A stretch of DNA of 64,000 nt from Octopus vulgaris (Eukaryota). The notes under the pieces are model-generated. The model ran no database searches. It was given only the letters and a program-made list of their open reading frames with translations, and was not told the origin of the DNA. The translations under genes were made by a program, and so were the position numbers. The DNA is taken from NCBI GenBank assembly GCA_951406725.2, contig OX597836.1, forward strand, positions 19,964,001-20,028,000, given 5' to 3'. Positions 41,345-54,059 of this stretch are shown piece by piece. Each line of letters opens with the position of its first letter. Positions within the stretch are counted from its first letter, which is position 1.

Positions 41345-41398
41345 CTCCGACCGCACACTAATCGCCATTAAAAGGCAGACGACATAACGTAACATCAT
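41345..41398 (-). CDS. Candidate first coding exon encoding a signal peptide, probably of the ITIH-like gene
   Basis: aaacATG context; MMLRYVVCLLMAISVRSE; strong donor GAG|gtaagg; phase 0, in frame with the VIT exon; unique sequence. Confidence 0.6.
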
Positions 41399-41469
41399 GT
41401 TTGAAGGGAGTTTAAAACCTTTCTTTATCCTCTTGCTGCAGCCTGACTGAGACAGCCTGACAATTTCAT

Positions 41470-41510
41470 TCAACTGCTTACTGACAGTGCAACCGGTTCC
41501 TTTTATAAAG
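41470..41510 (-). promoter_or_regulatory. Candidate TATA box and initiator
   Basis: TATAAAA at 41507-41501 with TCAGT and GCAGTT Inr-like motifs 25-32 nt downstream, ~80 nt before the ATG. Confidence 0.5.
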
Positions 41511-41860
41511 AAATTCCCTGGCTAAAAGAAAAAAATAAATAAGAAAAAGATGAGATTAAAAAGAAAGAAGGAAAGGTTGAAGGAAAGCCACCTACAGACG
41601 ATGATATCCGATATCTGATATCCTCCATAATATCCATCTACTGTTTCCCTCCCACCCCCACCCCGCCGTCTCTTGATTTAGCTCCCAAGCTGCGTGTAGC
41701 AAATGCGTGTGCATGTGTATGTATGTATGTGTGTGTGTGTGTATGTGTGTGCGCGCGTTCGTGTGTATGTGTGAGTATGTGTGTGCGTATCTTCTTTCCC
41801 ATTTTTACTTTTTTTTTTTACTTCGCCTTGAAGGATTTTGACCGAATGAATCGAACTCCG

Positions 41861-41906
<46 letters not shown>

Positions 41907-41941
41907 CATCATTACCATTATCATCATCATTATTATTATTA

Positions 41942-42013
<72 letters not shown>

Positions 42014-42166
42014 GATATTTTTTAATCCTGATAATTATTCAGTCATTTGCCAAACTGCTACCTTACGGTGACGTTAACACACCAACACCGTTGTCCAGCG
42101 ATAGGGGTGGATAAACACAGATACGCACACACACACACACACACACACTCATATGTGCATATATGT

Positions 42167-42272
42167 GTGTATGGTCTTATCACGTTAAATGCACCGGTCT
42201 TCGTCCGAAGTTAAGCGACGTCGAGCCATCTAAGATGGGTGACCGCTTGAGAAACCTAGATGCTGTAAGCAT
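42167..42272 (+). pseudogene. 5S rRNA-derived sequence
   Basis: atcacgttaaatgcaccggt..tcgtccgaagttaagcgacgtcgagcc..gatgggtgaccgc..gatgctgtaagc is collinear with metazoan 5S rRNA, with deletions. Confidence 0.85.
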
Positions 42273-42360
42273 CTCACAAAACCCACGGTGGTGTTCCAGC
42301 ATGACCGCAGCTGCATGGCTGAAACAAATAAAAGAATAAAAAAATACACATACATTCATA

Positions 42361-42399
<39 letters not shown>

Positions 42400-42468
42400 T
42401 GTTGTTGTTGTTATTATTACCATCCCTGCCCCTCAAATTCAGGCCTTATGCATATAGTAGAAAGGATT

Positions 42469-42875
42469 CGGCGCGCTGGCGGAATAGTTAGCACGTCGGG
42501 CGAAGTGCTTAGCGGTATTTCGTCTGCCGCTACGTTCTGAGTTCAAATTTCGCCGAGGTCGACTTTGCCTTTCATCCTTTCGGAGTCGATTAAATAAGTA
42601 CCAGTTACGCACTGGGGTCGATATAATGGACTTAATCCGTTTGTCTGTCCTTGTTTGTCCCCTCTGTGTTTAGCCCCTTGTGGGTAATAAAGAAATAGGT
42701 ATTTCGCCTGAGTTCGCTTTGTGGTATTACGTTCTGAGTTCAAATTCCGCCGGAGTAGACTTTCCCTTTCATCCTTTCGAGGTCGATAAATTAAGTACCA
42801 GTGAAACACTGGGGTCTATGTATTCGACTAGTCCCCTCCCTACCAATTTCAGGTCTTGTGCTAATAATAGAAAGG
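42469..42875 (+). mobile_element. SINE family C followed by an older partial unit
   Basis: Full copy then restart at gtatttcg. Confidence 0.88.
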
Positions 42876-42974
42876 ATTATTATTATTATTGATAATATTT
42901 AGCAGAAGTAACAGAGTGACACAAGATATAAGAGTTTCGTGCGTTGGCACATATACGAACATACACATGCACAC

Positions 42975-43560
42975 GTATGTATGTATGTATGTATGTATGT
43001 ATGTATGTATGTATGTATGTATGTATGTATGTCTGTATGTATGTATGTATGTATGTATGTATGTATGTCTGTATGTATGTATGTATGTATGTATGTATGT
43101 ATGTATGTATGTATGTCTGTATGTATGTATGTATGTATGTATGTATGTATGTATGTATGTATGTATGTATGTATGTATGTATGCATGTGAGCATGCATGT
43201 ATGTATGTATGTATGTATGTATGTATGTATGTATGTATGCATGTATGTATATATGTATGCATGTATGTATGTATGTATGTATGCATGTATGCATGTGTGC
43301 ATGCATGTATGTATGTATGTATGTATGTATGTATGTATGTATGTCTGTCTGCATGTATGTATGTATGTATGTATGTATGTATGTGTGTATGCATGCATGT
43401 ATGCATGCATGTATGTATGTATGTATGTATGTATGTATGTATGTATGTATGTATGTATGTATGTATGTATGTATGTATGTATGTATGTATGTATGTATGT
43501 ATGTATGTATGTATGTATGTATGTATGTATGTATGTATGTATGTAGGTAGGTAGGTAGGT
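42975..43560. repeat. Long (TATG)n microsatellite
   Basis: Directly visible, ~590 bp. Confidence 0.98.
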
Positions 43561-43746
43561 ATATATGAGTGTATGTGTATGATGTGTGTGTGTGTATTGC
43601 TTTCTATAGTCATTAGACAACAGCCATGCGGGAGAGCTGCGTTAAACGAGTCGAACCCACTACATAATTTTTTAAACCTCGTAACTTATTCCATCACACT
43701 CCATCATCGAACTGCTAAGTTACGAGGACACAAACCTCCAACACCG

Positions 43747-43801
<55 letters not shown>

Positions 43802-44128
43802 ATGGGCTTCTTTCCGTTTCCGTTTCCCAAATCCTCTCAGAAGGCTTTAGTCGAACTGAAACCATCATAGAAGACACGTGCCGAAAGTCTCACACAGTGG
43901 AACTGAACACGAAACCATGTGGTGTGGAAGCAATCTTCTTACCACATAGCCATGCATGCGGCTATGTGTATAGCTGTGTGTATGTACGAATATATCACTC
44001 CCACTGCATAGTACCTTCGACAGGTATCTTCTACTGTACCCTCGGACCAACAAAAGCCTTGTGAGTGGATTTGGTAGACGGAAACTGAAAGAAGTGTGTC
44101 GTGTGTGTATGTGTGTGTGTGTGTGTGT

Positions 44129-44194
<66 letters not shown>

Positions 44195-44285
44195 GTGTGC
44201 TTTTGCATTTGTCAGCATTTGACAACAGCTGTTGGTTTGTTCACATTTCCATAATCTAGCTGTTCGACAAAAAGACACATTTTCC

Positions 44286-44339
<54 letters not shown>

Positions 44340-45451
44340 TATATAAGTAAGGATAAGATCGATATTTAAATATCGAAATTATCAAGTGGCGAGCATGGGA
44401 ATAAAAAACCTTCAAAGGTAATAATTATTAAAATTATAATTTAGGGTATCTAAATTCAGAACTGTGTACCTGGTAAGAGAGGAAGCACATGATGCTCAAC
44501 CGCCTTCAACACTCTGCGATTAATTTGGTGCCAATACGGTTTTGATAGGGGACCAGAACCAAATTCTAGAACGTTCAAGAAAATAGAATCGCGCGACAGC
44601 CTCACGCTGCTTAGTCGATTAATAGACCGATCACGTGAAACTATGGTGATTCATACGTGGTGTCTGACCGAGTATCTAGTAGTTAGGTTTTGAATCACCA
44701 CTACATCTTGTCAGTGAAATATGGTAGACAAAAATAAATGGAGACTATTGCATATTACACACACACACACATTTAGAGCCATGATGTTTTGGCTAAGTAT
44801 GGCTTGTAAATTAATTTTAAAATATTGCTTCTCGATCACATGATTTCGAGTTTCTGTTCAACTGCGTGGAACCTTGGTTCAAGTATCTTTTACTATAGCC
44901 TCGGGCCGACCAAAACCTTGTAAGTGGATTAGGTAGATAGAAACCGAAAGTCAGTCATGTATAAGAACTGGGGTCGATTCGTTCGACTAAGACCCTTCAA
45001 GGCGGTGCTCCTACGTGGCCTCAGCCAAATGGCTGAAGAAAGTTAATAAAAAAATAAATAAATATGTATACACACACATACATAGGATCTTGCAAAATTT
45101 CTTTAACCACTTTTCAAATTATCACCACATTACATTTTCAAACAATGGAGCAGATATAGTTTTGTATGCTTGTGACGAAATTCGCATTCAAGGGATATTT
45201 GGCTACTATTTCTAACAGGCCGAGAGACCACGTAAAAGTTTTTGCATGTGCAGATTTCCGTGTGGTAGAATATTTCAACAATGGCGGTTTCGATTGACTA
45301 AGATTACATAAGCCTCAACGTTTGTGACTTAATTTTATTAATTTTTGCAAAACTACTTAAGTATATTTTTTTGAAAATATTCCAATGAAAATGTCAAAAA
45401 CCATGTGGCAAGGAAGAAATTTAACAAGGTCCTATACATACGATACAAATC

Positions 45452-45706
45452 ACGTAACCGACCAGGCTATCAAATGTTGCTACACATCGCTGGTCACAAC
45501 GCGCCATTGCATTGTTTTAGCCTTCAAATGACGCCATCCTGCTGGCTAGGCGAGCAAGCTAACATTCTCTTCTGATCGAAAAGGGGAATTGGAGAAACGT
45601 GAACTGAAGTGTTTTGCTCAATAATATGACGCACCGCTCAGTCTGGGAATCGCACCCACGATTTAACGATCATGAGTGCCACGGCCTGACCACTAAGTCG
45701 TGCGTC

Positions 45707-45710
<4 letters not shown>
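45452..45710 (-). mobile_element. Family B-head SINE with a third tail type
   Basis: tRNA head and core as in family B; tail homologous to 18128-18240. Confidence 0.75.
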
Positions 45711-45760
<50 letters not shown>

Positions 45761-45771
45761 TATACACATAT

Positions 45772-46160
45772 TGGCTGTGTGGTAAGAAGTTTGCTTCTTA
45801 ACCACATGGTTCCGGGTTCAGTCCCACTGCGTGGCACATTGGGCAAATGTCTTCTACTATAGCTTCAGGCTGACCAAAACCTTGTAAGTGAACTAGGGAG
45901 ACAAAAACTGAAAGAAGCCCGCCGTATGTATATATCAACGTGTGTTTGTCTTCGCGTCTGAGTTTGTTCTTCACCAGCGTTTGACAACCGGTGTTAGTGT
46001 GTTATGTCCTCATAACCTAGCGGTTCAGCAAAATCCACAGACATAAGTACAAGGCATATAAAAGAAAATATGTACTGGGGTTCATCCGTTCGATTAAAAT
46101 TCTTCAGGGCGGTGCCCCAGCCTGGTCGAATTTTAATGACTGAAAGAAATAAAAAATAAG
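45772..46160 (+). mobile_element. Diverged SINE family A
   Basis: Collinear with younger copies. Confidence 0.85.
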
Positions 46161-46198
46161 ATAAGATAAGATAGATAGATTGATTGATAGATAGATAT

Positions 46199-46414
46199 CT
46201 TTACTACCCACAAGGGACTAAACACAGAGGGGACGAACAAGGACAGGCAAACGTATTTAGTCGATTATATCTACCCCAGTGCGTAACTGGTACTTAATTT
46301 ATCGACTCCGAAAGGATGAAAGGCAACGTCGACCTCGGCGGAATTTGAACTCGGAACGTATCGACAGACGAAATACGGCTACGCATTTCGCCCGGCGTGC
46401 TAACGTTTCTGCCA
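46199..46414 (-). mobile_element. SINE family C
   Basis: Match to other C copies, inside a (GATA)n tract. Confidence 0.9.
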
Positions 46415-46666
46415 GATAGATGGATAGATAATTGATGAAGGAAAAGGAAGATGGATTTAGTATGAATCTTTATAGATTCGTACTAAATCTATCTTCCGTT
46501 TCCTTCATGAATTATAAACTCAACAAATACTGCGTATTTCCTGACGTAGATCCAGTGAAAATTATATCAATACTGTGGATGACATCAGGTAGCTCAAACT
46601 GTGAATGTGCTCTAATCGACATACTAATAGACATATACCCAAAGTCCAAGTAGTTTTATATATACG

Positions 46667-46728
<62 letters not shown>

Positions 46729-46731
<3 letters not shown>

Positions 46732-46915
46732 AAAAGTTTACGAAAATAAACAAAAGACGAAGACAGGTGGAGTACAAACAAATGTATTAGTATAGCGCTC
46801 AGGAATAGAGATAGAAAAAGTCTTTTACGTTTCGAGCCTACGCTCTTCGACAGAAAGATACACAGAAAAAAAACAAGGAGAGAAAAAATGCGTGTAGGAG
46901 CTAGCGATCTATCAT

Positions 46916-46918
<3 letters not shown>
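46729..46918 (-). mobile_element. pLTR-type repeat with minimal hammerhead-like motif (46821-46858)
   Basis: tcttt-CTGTCGA-a-gagc(gtag)gctc-GAAACGTA-aaaga; homologue of 10305-10530. Confidence 0.65.
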
Positions 46919-46970
<52 letters not shown>

Positions 46971-46972
<2 letters not shown>

Positions 46973-47397
46973 TTTTGTTCTTCTATACTTTTACCGGTTT
47001 CATCCCTTGGTTTGGGCCATGTGGGAGCACTGTCTTTCCCTGTTTTGGGGTCTCCTTTCTATACTGTTTTTGAACAAGGGAGTTGGACGGAGCTGCTCTT
47101 CTTTGTACCTCCTGTCGCGATGTGGGTTCATCTCGGATTTCTGATAGAAATTTATCCAGGTGCTTTTTGAACGTTTTCACATCCACACCCCACAAATCTC
47201 CGAGGTTATCCGGCAGGATGTTAAACATTCGTGGTCCCCTAAAACCCAACCTGTTGCAACACTGGGTTCTTATTCGGGATGAAGAAGACCGGATCTTTGG
47301 TATTACGCAGTGCCGTCCAGTTCGGTGGTTGGTAGAGCTTTTAATTCCAAAGTTAGGAGCTAGACCTTCCAGGATCTTCCATATGTATATCACTGCT
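46971..47397 (-). mobile_element. CR1/L2-group LINE 3' fragment
   Basis: YIWKILEGLAPN...GPRMFNILP...FKKHLDKFL..I.DEP, homologous to the C-terminus of the 8442 element. Confidence 0.88.
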
Positions 47398-47868
47398 TAG
47401 TTTCGGGTTCAGTCTAAAACTCTTCAAGGCGGTGTCCCAGCATGGCTGCAATCAAATGACTGAAGCAAGTAAAAGATAAAAGATGTGTGTGTGTGTATGT
47501 GCGTGCGCATGCATATATATATATATGTATATGTGTGTGTGTGTGTGTGCATGTATATATATATATATATTTACCATGTGTATGATGCCCTTAGCTCCTG
47601 AAGGAGACGTAGGGCTGCCGTCGTCGCCCAAATATATCATATTTCTTGGTAATTTAAAACCCGCAGCAGCCCATCCCTAAACACTACTGATTTATTCCAG
47701 AGCGAAAGAGTGCGAATGATGATCATAATGAAAAGAAGGAAGAGGAGGGGCGGATGTGGCGTCGTCAGCGGCTAAGCGTTCGAAATGCATACGTTATTTG
47801 GGCTATGGTGTTTTATGCCTCTTTGTCAAAAGCGAGAATTTTCTTTACCCATGACAAGCTCACAATAT

Positions 47869-47926
<58 letters not shown>

Positions 47927-48164
47927 CGCGTGCGTGCGTGCGTGTGTGTCGTGTGTGTGTCTGTGCACGTATATATATATATATATATATATAATTAAGG
48001 GTTAAGCAACAAGTTGCTTCACCACATACCGAAAATTTAGAAATAGCAGCCAAAGACAGCTCATTCCTTCTTACTACAGATATTACTCCACAGATAACAA
48101 TATTTGTAACTCACATAGGCAAAAAGAAGAAAAATAACGAATATATATATATAAGTTCAGCAAA

Positions 48165-48393
48165 AATTTAGATTCAAATGAATATGGTACTTAATTTAGA
48201 TGCACCAGAATTCTGTATAATGTTATCCATAAAGATCCGTGGGGTGATTATAATCGAAATAAGCAACAATTATAATTGGCTGATGAGTGCTCAGCATTTT
48301 AAAACTGTTGCAATACTTACAACATTTAATAAAATGATGTAGTACGAAACGATCGTACCAAATTACCGGAGTCATTCTTGTTGCTTATTTTGA
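48165..48393. mobile_element. Penelope-like pLTR with an inverted segment
   Basis: 48170-48269 matches 12215-12315 directly; 48271-48393 is the reverse complement of ~12300-12422. Confidence 0.75.
48276..48361 (+). ncRNA. Type I hammerhead ribozyme
   Basis: ttgg-CTGATGA-gtgct...agtac-GAAACGATCGTA-ccaa; predicted GUA cleavage after 48357. Confidence 0.85.
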
Positions 48394-49188
48394 GTATATA
48401 TATATATATAACTTAGAAAGGTTTTGGCCAGTGTTGGCCCAGACCATGTCTAACTGATGTTTTCCTCTCTCCAGTTGTAGAGAGGTTGTGTGTCTCCGAC
48501 CATTTATGTCAGACGAGTCACCTTATACTGCTAAACGTTTCATAGGTGCGTAACAATAGAGACCGATAGAATAAGTACCAGGCTTCAAAAAATACTAGGG
48601 TCGGTTCTTTCGACTAAAAAGCTCTTCAAAATGATGCCTCAGCATAGCTTCAGTCTAATGACTGAAACAAGTAAAAGAAAAAGGTAAAGATTGTCGCCAA
48701 CTTACAATAAACATTTAAAGCAGTCTTGGTAACTACTTTTCAAAATATAAGTGCACTCCTGGATAAAAATAAAAGCAATTGACCGTAACTGACAATCTTT
48801 TAAGGCCAGCCCAACTCTTTGATCAAGCAGCCATATGATCAAAAAGATTCCAAACGTGGCCATTTCATTCTTGTTTTTCTTGTTTAAAAACAGTTTGTGG
48901 GATTTGGAAAAAATATGATTGCTATTCCTAGCAAAGGAATCGACAACGTAGGGGCTCTTTTTTCTCCTATATTTATTTATTTTTTATGGTAGTCATCTGA
49001 CAGTTGGTATAATACTTATATATGCTTATACAACTCTGGTTACCATTTCAGCTACTTAGGGTTTTACATTATGGCACTCCCATTCAAAACGGGTCTGAAT
49101 CTAGAAACAAATAAAATGTTATTAAATTCCAATATTACACTGGAATTTAGCAGGGCTCCATTTTCTTGTCTTTTCTTTTTATTATTTA

Positions 49189-49721
49189 CTAGCAGCATAG
49201 CCCGGCATTGCCCGGGTATGTAAGAGCCCTGGAGCAGACATGATGCTCGCCGTGAATTTAAAAAAAATTCCTGCCAATTTGTTAAAGATACTGTCGAAAA
49301 TATGTCATCTTGAATTTGAACGCGATTTCCCAAAAAGGCATGATTTTATGGATTTTTTCTGATGGTAAGGTATTGCATGGAAAACTAACGTCAGAATTAA
49401 GTTTCTTAGGTAACATTAAGCTTCACCATGAGTTTGGTGAAAATCGATTGCAAGTTGCGAAAACTACAACAGAAAATGTGTTGCAAATAAAAGGCTCAGA
49501 TTCTCGACCCCATGTCGAATTTATCAATTTTTTTCAGAACTCGGGGAACTTTTCAAAATTTTCGCTGCGTTAGTTTTGAATTATGACATTGGGCTATATG
49601 TGTGTCAGGTTTCATCAGAATCGGTTGAAAGCCGTGGTCAGGGTGAGGGTACAACCTGACAGACACACAGACACACACACAGACACACACACAGACAAAC
49701 TGCCGTTTATATAGAGAGAGA
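49189..49721 (-). mobile_element. Non-autonomous Helitron
   Basis: 5' ~220 bp shared with 20227-20628; different 3' module ending cccgggcaatgccgggctatgctgCTAG|T. Confidence 0.88.
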
Positions 49722-49844
49722 TAGTGTCTGGAGGGAGGGACAGTACCCACCGAAACTGTTGCAATTAACATGCGTAATTGTTTCGCTAAGCTCGTAGCAT
49801 TGTGTTTCTGAAGCTTCAGTCATCCGCTTTTCAACAATCTACCT

Positions 49845-50155
49845 TCGGAAATGGAGAAGTTCTTAAGCAGATAAGGCCGAAAATGTCGCTAGAAGCTAGG
49901 ATCACCAAGCATCGATTGGCATATTTCGGTCATATTTTGCGGAGAAAATCCCTGGAGAAGGACATCATGCTCGGAATGGTCAGTGGCAAGAGAGGAAGAT
50001 GCCGACAAAGAACCCGCTGGCTTGACACCAACAAGAGTGATACCGGAATGGACATAGCCAGTCTGAAAGAAGCGGCCCAGGATAGAACTGACTGGAGGAC
50101 ACTGATCCAACGAGTGACCGAGAGTCGACTTCGACTCAGCGGTTAGAAGAGAGAG
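49845..50155 (+). pseudogene. RTE (BovB-like) LINE C-terminus
   Basis: SLEARITKHRLAYFGHILRR.SLEKDIMLG..SGKRGR.RQRTRWLD...AQDR..WR. Confidence 0.92.
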
Positions 50156-50520
50156 ACATTCGGAAATCAGATAGATTGTGCATTTTAACTTATCTAACTA
50201 TCTTTTATCCTTTACTTGTTTCAGTCATTAGACTTCTTTCAGTTTCCATCTATTAAATCCACTCATAAGGCTTTTGTCAGCCCGAGGCTATAGTAGAAGA
50301 ATATAGTGCCACGCAGTAGTTCTGAACCCGGAACCATGTTGTTGGGAAGCAAACTTCTTATCACATAGCCTCACCTGCACCTATAAGTACCTGCTAAAAA
50401 TTAAATTAAATTAAATTAAATTAAATAGAGGGTTGTAGCAAGAAATAAAAGACATACGTAACGCATACACATGCTAGAAGAGTTTCGAATTAGTTGTATT
50501 ACCAATAGAAGAACAAGTAT

Positions 50521-50680
50521 GCAGGAGTGGCTGTGTGGTAAGTAGCTTGCTTACCAACCACATGGTTCCGGGTTCAGTCCCACTGCGTGACATCTTGGGC
50601 AAGTGTCTTCTGCTATAGCCTCGGGCCGACCAATGCCTTGTGAGTGGATCTGGTAGACGGAAACTGAAAGAAGCATGTCG

Positions 50681-50717
<37 letters not shown>

Positions 50718-50943
50718 GTGTGTATATGTTTGTGTGTCTGTGTTTGTTCCCCTAGCATTGCTTGACAACCGATGCTGGTGTGTTTACGTCCCCGTCACTT
50801 AGCGGTTTAGCAAAAGAGACCAATAGAATAAGTACTGGGCTTACAAAGAATAAGTCCTGGGGTAGATTTGCTCGACTAAAGGCGGTGCTCCAGCATGGCC
50901 GCAGTCAAATGACCGAAGAGAGTAAAAGAGAGTAAAAGAGAGT
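50521..50943 (+). mobile_element. SINE family A
   Basis: Full-length match. Confidence 0.92.
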
Positions 50944-51220
50944 AGAGGGTTATAGCAAGAAATAAATAACATACATAAGACATACATAATGCATACACAT
51001 ATTTTGAATTAGTTGTATTACCAATAGAAAAAAAAATGTATGCTTAATTAAAAAGTAGTGAATCCATTATTTTGTCTATATCTGCATGATATAAATGATA
51101 TCATCAGATTTGTATCATGGGTGGACTGACTATAAGAGACGATGCTCAGTTATCTTTTGAAACGTATGTTTGGGCGTACACGAGCTCTCTCTCACTCTCA
51201 ATATATTACGTGTGTACTAA

Positions 51221-51450
51221 AGGCGGCGAGCTGGCAGAATCGTGAGCACGCCGGGCGAAATGCGTAGCCGTATTTCGTCTGCCGTTACGTTCTGAGTTCA
51301 AATTCCGCCGAGGTCGACTTTGCCTTTCATCCTTTCGGGGTCGATAAATTAAGTACCAGTTACGCACTGGGGTCGATGTAATCGACTTAATCCGTTTGTC
51401 TGTCCTTGTTTGTCTCCTCTATGTTTAGCCCCTTGTGGGTAGTAAAGAAA
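51221..51450 (+). mobile_element. SINE family C, full length
   Basis: TSD atatattacgtgtgta on both flanks. Confidence 0.93.
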
Positions 51451-52135
51451 TATATATTACGTGTGTATGTGTGTGTGTGCGTGCGTGTGTCCGTCTGTGT
51501 GTGTGTGCACGTAAGTATGCTTGTACGTATGCATGTTTCATTGTATGCACATATAAAACGATGATAACAACAACAACAATAATAATCATAATTGCTCAAG
51601 GCCGACAAAATAAGTACCGAATGAGTACTGGAGTCGAGGTAATCGACTTACCCCTCCTTCTAAAATTGCTGGCCTTGTGCCAAAATTTGAAACCAGTATT
51701 TCAATGACGGTATTGCATCGATGTTAGAGTCCCAGGTACATTACCCAAACTTAAAAGTACACAGAAGAGGGTTGTTTTAGTGTTTAGTGCTTCTTTTTTT
51801 TTTCTCTTAAAATGTTTTTTCCTCGTGGATAAATAATGAGAAAACCAACCTTCAGAAAGTGAACCGTAATCCAAAACATTTCACTGGATTTCCATATAAT
51901 TGGGAGATATCATATCTCATGATATTTTTTTTATGTTCTAGGTTCCTTTTAATTTCTCCATCAGTAAACGATCAGTTGTAAGAGTTCCCCGTCTTGTATT
52001 GCTACAAAAATTGCGCGAAATTTTAAATCTTTGACGATTTATCTCCTGCAATGTAAGCTTCTTGATGACATTTTATTTCCAAAGCAGTTCTGTATCTTTG
52101 ATGGTCTTTTTTTTGTTTATTTTGTTTTTCCAGTC

Positions 52136-52569
52136 TGTAGCGTACTCTTAGTGGAATTCTCTCTCTCTCCCTCTCTCTCTCTCATATATAACATAAATAC
52201 GGACGTAGCAGATAACAGCTTGCCTTCGGCCGTTTGGACCCTGTTGTGTCCACTACTCTGATTGGTTGGTATTGGCGCAATTTGTATTTTGCTCTATTAC
52301 ACGCCAATGTGCAACCCAACCAATCGCAACCTTCTGATAAGGTCCCGTGACACAGTTTTTCTAAAGCTCTGTTTGAGCCTATAATTTGCTATAAAATTTC
52401 AGCGATTCACCGTATTTGGTCTTTGGTTCTAGACCTTCTAAGGTCTTACCACTGACCACAGTCTTTCTTTTCCTTCTGGCACTCATACTCTTTTTCCATT
52501 TTTGCTTTTATTGTAAGCGACCGTGCGGTGTATTAAAGGAGTCATTCATTCGTCATCTCTCCTTTCACA
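52136..52569 (+). mobile_element. Possible solo LTR
   Basis: TG...CA ends, near-TSD cagtc/cggtc, CCAAT boxes, TATAAAA at ~52390, ATTAAA at ~52532; 5' boundary uncertain. Confidence 0.35.
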
Positions 52570-53080
52570 CGGTCGTTCTACAAGTCATTGGACCGCGCCC
52601 ATGTTGGGATACCTCCGTTAAGGGTTTTTGTCGAACGAATAGACTTCAATACTTAGTTTTAAAACTTGGTACGGAAACGTAAACTAACCAAGTGTCCAAT
52701 GGCGGAGCAACCAAAACAAACCCCTACAAACACATATTACACACGCACAAACACATGACGGGCTTCTTTCAGTTTCTGTCTACCAAATCCACTCACGAGG
52801 CTTTGGTTGACCCGGAACTATGGTAGAAGATACATACTCAAAGTGCCATGCAGTGGGTCTGAACCGGGAATCATGCGGTTTGGAAGTAAACTTTTACCAG
52901 ACAGCCACGCTTGCATCTTAAAAAAAAACAAACTATAAACATACTTGTCAGTTGTTGTTTGTCTATGTTTCACTTCTTTTATGAAGTGAAGTTGTTGAAT
53001 TGCAATTTCTTTTCCTTTGACAACAACATTTTCTCAGTTTCCAGCTAGCCTGGTTAAAACTTACGATCTCGCGAGTTTAA

Positions 53081-53301
53081 CCCTTTCGTTACTGTATTTA
53101 TTTTGAGATGCTCTGTGTTTCTTCCAATTATTTTAGATATAACAAAGAATTAAGTAAAATAACATCGTTATCATCAATCTAGTGTTAGGGACATAAATTG
53201 TGACTAAGGTTTGGTGGAAGATTTTAATTCAGAACTTTTGAAAACCAGACATTTGTACTAAAGAGCCAGAGCCAGTTTCAACCGGGTTGGTAACAAAAGG
53301 G
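53081..53301. mobile_element. piggyBac-like MITE
   Basis: TTAA TSDs; TIRs ccctttcgttac / gtaacaaaaggg. Confidence 0.85.
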
Positions 53302-53565
53302 TTAAATTTGTTTTGCAAAACAAATACAAAGTCATCGTTGCAACGCCTTAGCCTCGCCATCGCCCGCGGTCATGCCACGAGCGGGTTGGCTAGCTTCAGC
53401 AGATTCCGTTGAACCTTATGGTGTGCGACCAATTGAGGCACAAGGTGGTGAAAAGGTGTTTTTCCTTTCTTTTACTTCCTCTCTTCTTCTTTTTCCTTTT
53501 CTTCTTCCTTCGCTCATGTTTGTTTTCTTCAGTGTTGGATTTGTATTTTATTAAGGTTTTGTTAA

Positions 53566-53788
53566 GCTGGCAGAAACGTTAGCATGCCGGGCGAAATGCT
53601 TAGCAGTATTTCGTCTGCCGCTACGTTCCGAATTCAAATTCCGCCGAGGTCGACTTTACCTTTCATCCTTTCGGGGTCGATAAATAAAGTACCAGTTTCG
53701 CACTGGGGTCGATGTAATCGACTTAATCCCTTTGTCTGTCCTTGTTTGTCCCCTCTATGTTTAGCCCCTTGTGGGTAGTAAAGAAATA
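53566..53788 (+). mobile_element. SINE family C
   Basis: TSD tattaaggttttgt. Confidence 0.92.
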
Positions 53789-54059
53789 TATTAAGGTTTT
53801 GTATTATATATGTATCATATACATACGTGTTATATACTTAATTATCAAATACAAAACCAAATGTTATGTGTCAGCCATATTGAAAACACGTGCAAGTATG
53901 TAAATTTTCCTATTCAATAATTTCTTCGATTTTTGTAGGGTGGGATATTTTACAGCTATGCTGGTTGCTTCACCTTGCTAATGTACACCAAACCAACCTA
54001 CTCTCCCCTTATAGCACCCAAATTCTCCGCCGCCAGTTTCTTTGGGACCTTTTCTTTTG

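Noticed and set aside
42861-43620. Long YIHT/MYVC ORFs
   Set aside because: (TATG)n microsatellite artefacts
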